DNA of 64,000 bases from Selaginella moellendorffii (GCF_000143415.4 NW_003314401.1:62001-126000), one strand, 5' to 3'; shown: positions 1 through 13,160, numbered from the stretch's first letter. Numbers and translations are program-made. Notes: generated by a model from the letters alone, not told the origin.

Positions 1-3000
1 ATGGAACTAGTTTTCGACGGGAAAAGCGAACCAGAGGAGATTGTATCTGACCAGCCGAAGACTGAGGAACAGGAAATGGAGAACACGAATGACCGGAAGG
101 ATATTGCTGTCAAAGGGGAGCTAGATCTCAACCAAGACGTCCCAGAGGTCAAAGGGGTCGCCTCAACAGAGAATGACCCGAAAGCGGCATGTATCTCTAA
201 AGAAGTGGCTGCTGCACAAGAAGCATGGCGAGCAAACTCGGAGTTTCTTCAAGATTGCACTATTCGGCTTATTTGTATCTTTTCTCTTGATCGGTAAGTC
301 ATCGCGTGTATCTTTTTCTTTTTTCTTTTTTTATTTTGTTTTTTGGTTTTTAGATTTGGTGACTTTGTTTCGGACCAAGTGGTTGCGCCTGTGCGAGAAA
401 CTTGTGCTCAAGTTCTGGGTGCGGTGCTCAAGCAAATGCATTCGCCGCTAGTTCATGAAACTTTCAGTATCCTTCTTCAGATGCAGGTAATCTCACGGTG
501 CAACTCATACCTGAATTTTCATACTGATTTTGACAATGCTTGTCCGTATAAGCTATTTACAGCGGCGTTCAGAGTGGGAGGTCAGACATGGCAGTTTATT
601 GGGCATCAAGTACCTGGTGGCAGTCCGACAGGTAGCCTTTGTTTTCTACGTTTTAAGTGTTTTCATAAGGGGTTTATTTATTTTGAAAGTTTTGTTGCTG
701 CTACATGCAGGAAATGATAGGTGAACTTCTTCCTCGGGTTTTACCTGCCTGTATAGCTGGACTTGAAGATCCTGATGACGACGTGAGATCAGTTGCAGCA
801 GACGCTTTGTTTCCAGCTGCCCGCGCAATTGTGACTCATGCGAGTCATCTGGTAAAAACTATCCTGATCTTGCTGTGGGATATTCTACTTGATCTGGATG
901 ACTTGAGTCCTTCGACTAACAGGTTGGTCTAGTAAAAGATGTTTACGCTTGAGACTAATGTATTGTCTCTGCAGTGTAATGCATCTTCTGGCTGAGCTTT
1001 ATTCACAGCCTGAAGCGTTACTTCCACTGAATTCTACATCTTCGATTGACTTGAATGCGGACATGGCTCTGGACGAGCAACAACAGGATTTGGATGATTT
1101 ATCTGTCTTAGCCCCCCGGCTTTGGCCTTTTATGCGGCATAATATTTCATCCGTGAGATATGCTGCTATTCGAACTCTGGTACGTTCTTCGCAAGATTTC
1201 GTAATTGCTGGTATAACTTCTGTGTTAGGAGCAATTACTGGAGTCGGGATCGACATGTTGGGCTCTACGCATCCTTGACGATATGCTGCGCATGGTCTTT
1301 CAGAATTTGCTTATGGAATCAAACGAAGAAATTCTGCAGTGTTCTGGGCGCGTCTGGCGTCTATTGATTCAGGTAGTACTTTTGTTTGCTGATTATAAAT
1401 ATTACTATTGTTTAACATATGCTTGCAGTGTTCACATTCGCATTTGCAACCATCGACGCTATCCTTCTTTCCAACGTGGCTGAAGCTTGCCAGCACCGCG
1501 GCTGGTGCTTCTTTGGAAGCCTCGAATATGTTTTCGCCCACGTCTCTACCAAAAGGAAGCCGTTCTAAAGTGGTGGCTAAGCTAAGTGCATCTAAACTTA
1601 TAAGCCGAGGAGAGTCTCACTCGCATGGTCCAGAAGCCCAAAAACATTCTGACGTGGTTCCGAAAGTAGTTGTTGGTGCTGACGGAGAGAATTCTGCTGT
1701 ATATATGAGGATTGCCACTACATCTGCCTTGGGAGTTTTGGCTGGGAACGTACCTGGTTCAATGCTGGACCTTATATTTCAGGCTCTAAACCAAGCTTTA
1801 CATTCGCCCTCAGGTATCCAGAGACAGGTGTGTATAGTTTATTCAAGGTTTTGTCGATCACCTTTTATTAATCTTTATTTCACAGGTCGCATCCATGGTT
1901 CTTATATCATGCTTCAAGGAAGTAAGATCCTTTCCTGATGAGAAGAAGGCGCCGGTGATTTCTGCTTTTCGACCTTTAACATCATATTTACAAGTGCTCC
2001 TTTTACAAATTGAGCCTTCGCATCCGACTCCGGACTCTTCTTTGCCTTACGCGGAACTTTCGAGAACTTACGCTAAGATGAGGGCGGAAGTTGCCGCACT
2101 CGTTAAGCATGCTGAGGCTTCGAACTTTGGATTACCAGTGGACTTGCAACCAGTGGAAAACATGTCCGTAGAAGCTGCTATAGACGCTGCAATGAAGTTT
2201 ATTCCTTTGGAGGAATGCAATGGAGCAGTTTCCGATGAGAAAACTTGCTCCGCTCGAGACATGATGGAGTCTGCTCGACAGCGTCTTCTTGCTACCGCAG
2301 GCTATCTAAAATGTGTTCAGGTAACTTTTGGTCACTATGTTGCATTCAGTTGCTGATGGCTATATTCTTGCCTCAGGTTAATCTGCATGGCACAGTTTTG
2401 GCTTTGATGGCTAGTGTGGTCGTATGGATGGGCGAGCTACCGTCGAAGCTGAATCCTATCATCCAACCTTTGATGGGCTCCGTCAAGCGTGAACAGGTGA
2501 ATACGGAAGCTTCTTCAGAGTAATTTGCAACTTGTTTAATTGTTTTTATAGGAGGAAGTACTGCAGCAGTGCGCAGCAGAAGCTTTGGCAGAAGTGATTG
2601 GACACTGTGTTGGTCGGAAACCGTGTCCTAATGACAAGCTTATCAAAAACCTGTCTACCATGGCATGTGCTGATCAGCTTGAAACTCCATTGGCGACTGA
2701 AGCGAACTCGTCCTGGACCTTCGATGATGGTGACTATTCATTGAAATCTTCATCGACTGCGTTACGAAAGATGGAAGTTGCTTCCATTGACGACAAAGCA
2801 AAGGTTGAAGGAATAATTACGAGACGTGGTGCAGAACTGGCACTTAAGGCGCTTTGCCAGAGGTTTGGTGATTCTCTTTTCGAAAAGCTTCCGAGGCTCT
2901 GGGACTGCCTAACTGAAGTAATCAAGCCTTCCGATCCTGGTCATATTCACGATGCGTTTCTAGTAGAACCAGTTGCCGATCCTCAAGCGCTTGTTAACAA

Positions 3001-5874
3001 CCTGCAGGTATGCTTATCCTTGTTTTCTCATTCCGATGACGCTCTAAACCAACCTGCAGCTTATACGCGTTACTGCTCCTTTCCTAAAAAATGCCATGCA
3101 ATCGAGGATATTAACACTCCTCCCTGCAATATTTGGCTGCGTTCGACATCGTCATGCGGCTGTAAGATGTGGTGCGTCAAGATGTATCACAGCGATGGCC
3201 CGAACCTTGAAAGAGACGATCATGACTGCTGTCCTAGCAAAGGCCATGCCAATGCTTACTGATGGTACATCTATGGAGGCAAGACAAGGAGCAGGGATGC
3301 TGGTGACGTTTCTTGTCGAAGGCATGGGAATGGAACTCGTAGGATACGCTCCGTTTCTCATCGTTCCGTTGCTGGGCTGCATGGGTGACAGCAACCAGGT
3401 TGTCAGGCAAAGCGTGACTCACAGTTTTGCCGCCTTGGTTCCACTTCTTCCACTTGCTCGAGGGGTACCACAGCCAGAAGGTATCTCCTCTCTAAGTAAC
3501 TCAGCCGATGCCAGGTTTTTGGAACAATTACTGGATAACAGTCGCGTCGACGACTATAAGCTGGCGTTTGATTTAAAAACTCCGCTACGCAGGTACTTGT
3601 CTCCTAGCTCGCTTTCGTTGGTTGTACTGACTGATGTCCTTTTAACCAGGTATCAACAAGAAGGTATCAACTGGCTAGCTTTCTTAAAGCGTTTTAAGCT
3701 CCATGGTGTTTTGTGCGATGACATGGGTCTGGGAAAGACCCTTCAAGCTTCTGCGATTGTTGCTTCAGATATGGCTGAGCGTATTGCTGCTGGCCAGGGG
3801 AAAGAGTCGACGTTATCTTTGATAGTATGCCCACCAACATTAGTGGGTCACTGGATATACGAGATTGAGAAGTTCATACCGGCCGAACTTCTGAAACCTT
3901 TGCAGTATGTGGGGCAACCTCAGGATCGGTTATACTTGCGCAATCAGTTCTCGGCTCACAGTATTATAATCACATCTTACGATGTGCTTCGAAAGGACAT
4001 CGAGCATCTGAGCCAAATACAGTGGAACTTCTGCATCCTAGATGAAGGACACATCATCAAAAGCGGGAAGTCCAAAATCACTCTGGCTGTAAAGAGAATT
4101 CAAGCCGAGCACAGATTAATTCTCAGCGGTACTCCTATTCAGGTAAATGTCGGCGCTGCTTCTTAAACGCAACTAATCCAAGCTCTGATTTCAGAACAAT
4201 GTACTAGAACTATGGTCATTGTTTGATTTTCTTATGCCGGGTTTCCTTGGAACTGAACGCCAGGTTTAGCTGACGTATAATTGTTTTTTCTTGTGTTTGA
4301 CGGCATCTTGTTCCAGTTCCATGGTAGCTATGGCAAACCTTTGCAAGCTGCAAGAGATCCGAAATGTTCCGCGAAAGAAGCTGAGGCCGGGGTGTTAGCC
4401 ATGGAGGCCTTGCACAAGCAGGTACATTTCGTCCTTGTCACTACGTTCGCTCATGCTGTTATAACTCAGGTCATGCCTTTTCTGTTGCGCCGGACAAAAG
4501 ATGAAGTGCTAGCGGATTTACCTCCCAAAATTATTCAAGACCGTTACTGTGACTTGAGTTCGCTTCAGCTGAAACTTTATGAAAAGTTTGCCTTTTCTCA
4601 AGCCAAGAAGAATGTGGCCACCATGGTTGAGGCGTACGGTGGAAATGCTGATGACCGAGGAAACACGTCAGCTCCTACGCACGTCTTTCAGGTCTTTCTT
4701 TCTCTTTTTTATTGTGCTTCACTAGCGTGTAGTTGATCTTCTATTTTCTTTTTCTCAGGCCCTGCAATACCTGCGAAAAGTTTGCAGTCATCCTGTGCTT
4801 GTCCTAGACGGACCTCTGTCAGAGAACGTCAATGAGGAGAATGGCAGCATGGATATACATGATATTCAAAACTCGCCAAAGCTTCTGGCCTTGCGAGATA
4901 TTCTCGAAGAATGTGGCATCGGTCAATGCAACGGCGATAATTCTACTGCCGGGGGACAACATCGTGTTTTGATCTTTGCACAACTAAAGGTAAAGGTAAA
5001 TGAAGAGGCGTAAGTGCTTATCATCGATTTGGCAGGGTTTTCTTGACATTATTGAAAAGGATTTGTTTCAAACACACATGAAAAGGTTAGTGTGTTCTTT
5101 CAGCTCCGGCTAACTAGCGCTTGTTTTTATATTCAGTGTGACATACATGAGGCTCGATGGCTCCGTTGACGTTAGCAAGCGTTTTGAGATTGTGAAGGCT
5201 TTCAATTCTGATCCAACAATAGACGTGCTTCTTCTCACTACACACGGTACAGCGTCGGCATTTTACTTGTTCTCGGGGCCTGATTGTTATTCATTGTGAA
5301 GTGGGTGGCTTGGGATTAAACCTTACAGCAGCAGACACGGTTGTATTTATGGAGCATGACTGGAATCCTATGCGTGATTTACAGGTAACTTGATCAGAGA
5401 TGCAACAGTGTCGATATCAATGTTCTTTGTACAGGCTATGGACAGATCTCACAGGCTTGGACAACGGCGGGTGGTTAATGTGCATAGACTGATAATGCGT
5501 GGAACTTTAGAGGAGAAGGTCATGAACCTTCAACGCTTCAAGCTTTCCATTGCGAACACGGTTATCAATGCGGACAACGCGAGCATTAGCAGTATGGACA
5601 CAGGCCAGCTTCTCGACTTGTTTACCTTTGACGGGAAGAAGGTACCCAGACACACAGGCTTCCAGTCACTGACTACTAACATCTCTGGTTTGTATTTGTC
5701 CAGGCTAATGTCCCAGGTACGAGCAAGGATAAGGAGGAAGAGGCTGCAGGATCGAGTGGCTCGAAAGGCGGCAAAGGACTCAAGTCGATGCTAAGCTCTT
5801 TGGAGGATCTCTGGGACCAGTCACTATACCACGAGGAGTATAATCTTGGTCAGTTCGTCTCTCGCCTCAAGTGA
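1..5874 (+). CDS. BTAF1: TATA-binding protein-associated factor BTAF1/MOT1 (SNF2 ATPase); multi-exon, 5' end outside window
   Basis: Spliced ORFs give [36 protein letters not shown]-like region, SNF2 motifs [46 protein letters not shown]; ends [16 protein letters not shown] at 5872-5874; GT-AG introns about 46-65 nt. Confidence 0.96.
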
Positions 5875-6123
5875 TGGCTGCGGACGGCGATAAAATGCGT
5901 CACAACATTTTGTTTTTGTGATCTGTAAGTTCCCGGGATAGGTAGGATGTAGGAAGCATTTGTAAATAATTCAAGTGTCTCACAGTTGCAGAGGTACGCA
6001 AGTCTTTGAACAAGCATTTTGTTCAAAGCTTTATCAAACTCCAAAGAACTAAATTTTTATCGGTGTTCTCGGCCTCTCAGCTGTGCATAGCTTACTCCAA
6101 GCCGGGTCATCTTTCGAGGTACT

Positions 6124-7434
6124 TCAGTCGTTTATATCTTCCTCTGGCAATTCAGAGGCATCTATGGCTAACTTTCCTCGCTTGACTCCGAAATCCCAGG
6201 TGATGCTTCTCGGTGGCGGCGGAGGCGAAGAGTACTTGTAGGCATGAGGAGGTGGCACTTGAACAGGAGACTTGGCAGGAACAGGTGGTGGAGATCGATT
6301 ATGATACGTAGGTGGTGGTGGAGGAGAGTGGTAGAAAAGTGGAGGTGGAAGCTTTGTAACAGGCCCAGGTGATGATTTTGGAGGTGGCGGCTTGCTACTT
6401 GGTGGTGGCGATGGCTTCTTAGGTGCCATTGGAGGCGGATACTTGTGAGAAGCTACAGGAGGTGGTGGTAATGGCTTCTGAGGTGCCATTGGAGGCGGAT
6501 ACTTGTGAGAAGTTACAGGAGGTGGTGAAGGATGGATCTGCGGAGGAGGAGTTTTGCGGAAGTGGATTGGAGCCGGAGGTGGATGATGGTATTTCACAGG
6601 AGCTGGAGGTGGTGGGGGTGGCGGGGACTTGTAAATGTATGGATTGAACGGCGACTTAGAAACTGGAGGAGCAACTGGTCGTAGAGATGGTGGTGGCGGA
6701 TGGTGAGAAACAGGCGGAGGAGTGTGAGAATGGTAGCTGGGAACGCTTGGCGGGGGTGGATGATGGTTTGGGACGTGCTTGAACGGTGGCGGTGGTGACG
6801 AGTACTTGTAAACTGGCGGAGGAGGAAGAGGAGGAGCAGCGGCGGTTTTGCAAGCTCCCGGACGTTTGAGAGGCCGGCACGCGAAGGGACCGGAAGTAAA
6901 CACGACCTCTCGCAGGGATTTGTGGACGAGTAGAAGCGGAGCTCCCGTGTGACCATCTCCCATGGAGCTCACCTCATCGCAGTCGCCGGTGCTTGGGCCT
7001 CGCAGAAGCTTGGCTTTGCATCCCTTAACGCCGAAGATGGCTGGAATCTCGTCCATGGGAATGGTGAAGACGCCGTGAGTGTTGGTGTATCCAACGCCGG
7101 AGAAGGTCACGAATCCATACAGGTCCACGCATTTGATGCCTACCTCGGCGTCTGCTCGACACAAGAACGAAGAACTTCTCTCAAACTTCTACCAAAGATG
7201 GTTTTCTTGCGTACCATGGAGAGGGAGGCTCATGTTGCCAACACGTCCGTGCCAGCATCGATCACAGACAACATGGCCTTTGACGAGAATTTTCGGCTTC
7301 TTCATCTGGAACTCGAAGTCGTCGTTTGGATCGAACGCCTCGGGCTCAGCTTCTACTTCTTGTCCCAGAACCGGGAGTGCTACTGCTGCTAGCACCACCA
7401 TCGCTACAAGCAGCAGCAGCGGGAGCTTCTCCAT
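6124..7434 (-). CDS. Secreted Pollen Ole e 1 domain + proline-rich/extensin chimeric cell-wall protein, 2 exons (intron about 7152-7214)
   Basis: Signal peptide MEKLPLLLLVAMVVLAAVALP; VKGHVVCDRC...C...GYTNTHGVF...CKAKL...C...FTSGPF; then SPPPP, YKY and HKYPPP motifs; internal 60-bp direct repeat at 6421-6530. Confidence 0.88.
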
Positions 7435-7737
7435 CGCCAAACCTGGAAGTTCTTTGCTGGCTACATTGAAATATACAGAAGAACCAGAGCGCGTTGGTAG
7501 CAGCTTTGCAGAGGAATTTATCGTGTCTGGATTTTCAGGTACCTTTTGGAGCTATCTGTGTCTGACTGTCGACTCATGACTGCCGACTCACGGGGCGCTC
7601 GTCCTCGGACAGAATGATTACCAGGTTCGCAAAACAAAAGCCTTAAAAATCATGTTTTGATTGAAAAGAGTTCTTACGACTGACTACGCGTTGAGATGAT
7701 TGCCAGATACAGGCGAAGGAGAAAAGAAAACTAGCGA

Positions 7738-9588
7738 TCAATCCCATGCCATGTTCAGTATGGCGTTGGCAACACCTGCTTCATCGATGGTGATGCTGGG
7801 ATCATACTCGAGAGACCTCCCACCAGGAATGGTGAGCGTGAGGCGAAACTTTCTGCCGCTGGCGGCCTCCTCCACGTTCAAGCAGCAATACGACCAGAGG
7901 TACTGCTCATACACAATACGACCAACATGAGAAGCGAGAAAGGAAGAACATCGCTGGGTTTCCACTTACAGTTAGTGGATCGGATCGAAAGTACCTCCGC
8001 TGGCCCCTCTTGCCATCGGGAAAACGCACTCCAACGCGGCAAGTTTCTGGCTCTTCGGGCTTGGGCTCGTCCGGCAGCGCTGGATGCTTGCTGCCGCGGG
8101 CCTTGACATGCTCCGCCGCCGAAGAAGGCTCGGTTTGGCTCTCCAACGAAGCTGCCAAGGCCCGCTGGAGTTCCTGGTCTTCGTCGATATCAGCCGGGCC
8201 TGCCAAGAACAAAGTGAAAAGATTGCTGGCAACTCAGCGTCGAGCTCTACCTTGATCCAGCTGCTGTTGTGGTTGCTGCTGCTGCTGCTGTTGCTGTTGC
8301 TGTTGCTGTTGTTCCACATCTCGTGGTCGCTTTTGAGTGTGGTTCTCCATGGGACCTCTATCCATGAATTGGACAAGATCCTGAAAGTGTTGTAAGTCTC
8401 TATAGAAAACTCTAAGTGGTGTGAATAAAACATATACCTCGAGCAGTCTCTCCGCGCCTACCATACCCTCCCAGGATCTCATCTTCTGGCCAGTTAAAGG
8501 ATCCAGCACCAGAATGGTAGGCATGGTATTCAAGCGGTAGTACGTGCACACCTTCTTTCCTTCCTCGGTGTCATCGTAGATCTAAAACCACCAAAGAAGA
8601 AGTGAGGCCACGAATGCTATCAAACACCATAAATACCTGCCAGAAGACGAAGGTTATCCTCACCGTGTCCTTGACGGCCTCGTGTGCCCAGGTGTCTCTG
8701 TTCAGCTACACAGAAAGCATCAGCTCGTAGATGAGAAAACACAGTTTGCAAGCTTACTTGTGGAGCTATAATCATACCATATGACTCGCAAACTCTGTAT
8801 GGGATTGCAAGTTGATGAGCAACCATTTTCCTTGCTTGGCTGCTTCTGCTTTCGCCTAAACATGCGAAGAAAGATGGTCTCGTCTGGGAACGAAGAAAAG
8901 TGGCGTCCTTCGTACCTGCTCGAAGCTTCCCTCGAAGTTGAGCTCCAGTGGCGGACGGTACAGGGACGCAAGCGTTGGAGCTTTGGCACCCACGGGAGAG
9001 CTCCCAGGGGAGGGCTTGGCGATTCTGGAGTTAAACTCGTCCTCGAAGTTCCGGAAAGCATCCACAGGAGTCGGCTGGACGGGACCTGCTTGCGCCCTTC
9101 TTTGTGCTCTGGAAAACCATCCAAAGAGAATGAGAAAAGGAGATGGTGATCTTCGTTTTCTTACCTGTACTGGAACATATCCTCGTACAAGGCCTCGCGT
9201 TTCACAGGCAGTGGTGGACGAACGTAGTCATCTCCCCCACTGAGAGGAAAAAAATCCTTTCTTTTCATCCAGGAACGAGAAAGAACGAAGGAAAGCTCTC
9301 ACCTTGGAGAAGGGAGCACTACTGGCGGTGGCTCCGCAAGGACAGGCTTGCTCATCGGCGGGGGCTCCGCTGCTAAAGGCGGAGCTCCAATCTCGACACC
9401 TCCGCCAGCGAAAAAGAGCTGAATCGCTTCCTCGAGCTGCCAGTTCGTCGCCTACACAAAATCACTCGGCATTTCCTTCAAGAAGAGCGATCAGGGAGGG
9501 ATCAAACCTCGAGGAACTGGTGGCAGCGATCGGCAGGCTCGCCTACCACCTCCATGAACTGCTCCAGCAACAGCTGCTTGTCTTCCAT
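7738..9588 (-). CDS. PUX7: Plant UBX domain protein (UBA-like, UAS thioredoxin-like, UIM, UBX), CDC48 adaptor, multi-exon
   Basis: MEDKQLLLEQFMEVVGE; LASLYRPPLEL; LNRDTWAHE; ILVLDPLTGQKM; UIM DEDQELQRALAASLE; UBX CRVGVRFPDGKRGQRRYF...TIDEAGVANA; poly-Q at about 8259-8312. Confidence 0.88.
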
Positions 9589-9708
9589 GGCGCTCAATCC
9601 AAATTGCCCTAGCTAGCTGGCCCTAAAGGTACTCTTTTAATCGGCCATTTTAAGTTAACTTACGAAAGTTTAAAGGAGGAGAAAAGACTTGTACAACCAA
9701 ATGAAATT

Positions 9709-10916
9709 CTAGACACTTGAAGGCAACCGGATCATCATCTGGCCCTCCGCCACACTGTCACAAACAAAGAAATCGTAAATTTCATGGAAAAAATGGATTT
9801 TTTCTTCTTTTGATCCATACCTCTTTACGTAGTAGTAGCAGAAATCGGCAAGGATGAATGTCTGGACAATCTCGGCGACCACAACCATGGCAGGCCACAA
9901 GCCATAAGGAATCAAGCTCCGGTGTTTGAGCTGCGTTCCCAGCGTGTAGAAGAGGTAGCCCCGTCCATCTATCAGCTGCAAAAGGAGAAGAAAAATGCGT
10001 TTTTTTACATGACCTTCCTCTTGTCTTTCATACCTGGAGCAGCCAATGCGCACAGTTGATAAATCTTGCAACGCCAAGGGCGAAAACGTAGAGCGCAGTA
10101 AAGGGTTCTATAAGCTGTGGATCAAATCCAAGATAAGTGAGCGAAGAAACATAGAGAATTGGCCTACCTTAGCCTTTTGCATCACCCGAAGCTGAGGCAG
10201 CACGGAGACGGCCTCCAAATACACACAAAACGCCCACAAAACTCTGTTGATAAGGTGGTACCGGATGAGAGGATGAACCAGGATAGCGAGCACTGCGCAT
10301 GGAGCCAGCTGAAAAGGAAAACCAAAAAGGAGTGATAGAACTCAAGTCCCGGACGAGAAGAACAAAGCTCACCACATAGTAGAGTGGCATGTTATCGAGT
10401 TCCTGGACATAAGTTGCCTTGAGATTGGTCCGGATCATATAGATCACCCAGGCCGTGACGAGGAGCGTGGCCGTGTCGAGGAAAGTGTGGATGTTTTGCT
10501 CCATGAAAGTGGAGCAGTAGAGCCGGACGAGAAGAAAAATCGCTGTAAGCTCCTGCGACCGCAAAGACACACCTAAGAAACACGAGAAACACACACTTGT
10601 AAGAAAGTTTTTTAAGTGATTTGAGGCGGCCCTAGCTGTAGCTAACGAGCGATCGAATCGATCGATCGCTCCATGGATCCTTACCGGCGCAATTCTTCTC
10701 CTTCTGGAGCTTGTAGATGAGAATGACGATCCCCAGGGCGTGGACGCACTCGGAGGCGACGAAGAGGGTGTCGTGATCCTTGACGACATACCTGAGGAAG
10801 ACGATCCCAATCACTGCCGCCAGCGCCAGGAGCGCGGCCTTGACGCGGGGATTCTGGCGCTGGATCCTCCAGACGAGCGCCTGGATGGGATTCTTGGACC
10901 GCCGCGCGCTCCCCAT
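9709..10916 (-). CDS. ER lumen protein-retaining receptor family, ERD2-related class with extra N-terminal TM, multi-exon
   Basis: KEKNCAG-VSLRSQELTAIFL, WAFCVYLEAVSVLPQL, EPFTALYVFALGVARF, EIVQTFILADFCYYY. Confidence 0.92.
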
Positions 10917-10988
10917 GCCGAATCTATTCCTCGCTCCTCCCTCGCCCAAAAGAGTTTAAAACTCCAGTTAATAAGCTCCGTACGAGCC

Positions 10989-11053
10989 TAGGGTTTTGTT
11001 CCTTGTCCGTACCTGGGGGATCAATGACGTGGCTGATCTAATCGCTGACGTGG
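10989..11053. promoter_or_regulatory. Telo-box (TAGGGTTT, 10989-10996) plus two TGACGTGG bZIP sites (11025-11032, 11046-11053) in a divergent promoter
   Basis: Exact motif matches; the two TGACGTGG copies are 21 bp apart. Confidence 0.55.
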
Positions 11054-11140
11054 CAGATCCAAGGGTCGCGGCTGTTCCGGGGATATACATTGCTGGAGAA
11101 AACTATGGCGACGCATTGCTAGTTTGGGAGGAGAGAAGAA

Positions 11141-11343
11141 ATGGTGCGACCCGCAAGAACAGCGTCGACAAGCCCCTCTTTGATGCGCCGGCGGAGGCGG
11201 CGCCGAGGGCGAGGAGTAAGATCACCCGATCTTCCAGTGGAACTCGACTCAAAAAATCTCTTTTTTCGCAGAGGCGTAGACGCGGAAGGCACAGGAGAAG
11301 ATCGGCCTCCACGAACACTGGGACGCGAAGCGATCAGGGCTAG
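11141..11343 (+). CDS. Candidate 48-aa Arg-rich protamine-like protein; exons 11141-11215 and 11272-11343
   Basis: GTAAG...TTTTTTCGCAG 56-nt phase-0 intron joins two Arg tracts into MVRPARTASTSPSLMRRRRRRRGRGRRRRGRHRRRSASTNTGTRSDQG; AATAAA about 100 nt after the stop. Confidence 0.5.
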
Positions 11344-11759
11344 GAAAACACACAATCTCCTCGTCTCGCCACTCCAAATCCAATGCCGCTCCACCAACAA
11401 CACGAATCCAATCCTCCCATGATGTTCTTCGCCAAATCGATGTAAATAAAAAGTGCGAATTCGAAAGCGATGATCCAGCACAAGAAGTTCTCCACTTCCA
11501 TTGTTCTTCTCTCCAAAGTCTAAGTTTCTGGAAGGAACTGCGGACATCTCTCGATCTATCTCATAGCGTGTGAGACTTCCTCGAACCAAAAAGCCAGTTT
11601 TTCTAATCGGTGCCAACCTTTGAGATTCTTTTCGCTCTCCAATTCCGCGGGAGAGGAAACGAAATGGTGGAATTTGGAGCGAACTCTCGTTCTCTCGAGT
11701 GCAAAACAATACAAAGGTTTCCTGGAATTCCAAAAGCTTGGTCTTCGTTTAGGGTGGAA

Positions 11760-13160
11760 ATGGCGGCAGTGCGCAGAATCTGTGCGACCGCTGGTAAGAC
11801 GAGCGTGAGTGGTTTCTTGGGCACATCAAAGATCGCCACGAGCAACGAATGGCGGCCTCTCACTTGCTGGATTCCCGCGACGCGGACGAGCAGCAGCCAG
11901 TTTCGGACAAGTTTCCAGGGAAGCAAGCTCAAGATCCCAGCCGAGTTGCAGCCCGCCGTGCGAGAATGGAACCGGCTTGTGAATCGCTTCTCGCAGCGCT
12001 GGAGATACTCCAGCCTCGGCCGCTTGTCAGGGTAACAAAGATCGTTTTTTTTCTATCCTATGATCTTCTTCGAGGGTGATCTTTATTTTGCTATCAGGGG
12101 TGGAGGATACGCTCGACCCGATGTTGCATTGTGGACTTTGATCGGTGCCAACGTTTCGGTGTTCTTCCTGTGGAAGGTTTTCGACCCGGTTTTCATGACC
12201 GAGCATTTCACGGTCAGTTTCTTTCTCTCGTTTTTTCTTTCTAGAAATTCTCTCTTGACAATTGTGACACTCAGATCTCCATGCACAACGTGTTGAGTGG
12301 CCGACTCCACACACTCGTCACAAACTTCTTCAGCCACAACGAGTTCTGGCACTTGGCATCCAACTTACTCGGCCTATACTTTTTTGGCACCGAGGTCTTG
12401 TGATCTCTCCTGTTCTTTTTCGATCCGGATCTTCGCTCTCTCTCGCGTGCTCACTCCACTTCGCAGATCGCTTATAGATTCGGCAGCAGAAGGCTCTACA
12501 TGATCTACTTTGCGGGTGGCCTCGTTAGCTCCTTCGGACACTTGGCTTATAGCTATTACATCTATCCCTGGCTCAAGGTTCGATAAAAGCGCAGCGATTC
12601 TTCTTGTGGATTCTCATATCGTCATTCACATTTTTTGGTTTTCCCAGGGGCTTCGTCACAGCACCTTTGTGGCCCGATTTGTCCCACCAGCGCTGGTGAG
12701 TCGAGAGAAAAGCGTGATCTTCCTCTATCTCTCGCGTGCTGTTTGATGCGCGACACGTTTTTTCCACAGGGCGCCAGTGGAGCCATCAACGCGCTGGTGG
12801 TCCTCAACATCATGCTCAATCCAACGCGCGTCATCTTGGTCGATTTCCTCTTCCCAGTCCCAGCTGCCCTGTTTGTAAGCGATCGATCTTTCCCAAGTTT
12901 TTGTTTTTCCCATTCCAATGCTGTGAGAATTTGACGCGATCGCTCACTCCACAGGGAGCTTACATGATCCTCAAGGATTTGTGGGGAGTTTCCGATGTAA
13001 GTTCCCTTGCCTGGTTTCTTCCAAAGTTCTGGGAAGCGTTCTCTAATGGCTTGCTTGTTTGTCTGCTTGCCAGGTGGCATCCACCGTAAGCCACGTAGGC
13101 CATCTGGGCGGCGCGGTGGTCGGTGCCGTGGCGTGGGTGAGACTACGACGTCACTGGTAA
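11760..13160 (+). CDS. Rhomboid-like intramembrane protease, mitochondrial (PARL/RBL12-like), multi-exon
   Basis: Arg/Ser-rich presequence MAAVRRICATAG; LIGANVSVFFLWK; GRLHTLVTNFFSH...HLASN; catalytic GASGA and SHVGHLGGA. Confidence 0.87.

Noticed and set aside
11119-11733. 204-aa minus-strand ORF in the ERD2-like/rhomboid gap
   Set aside because: Non-ATG start and no motifs; the plus-strand spliced Arg-rich ORF explains the splice signals better
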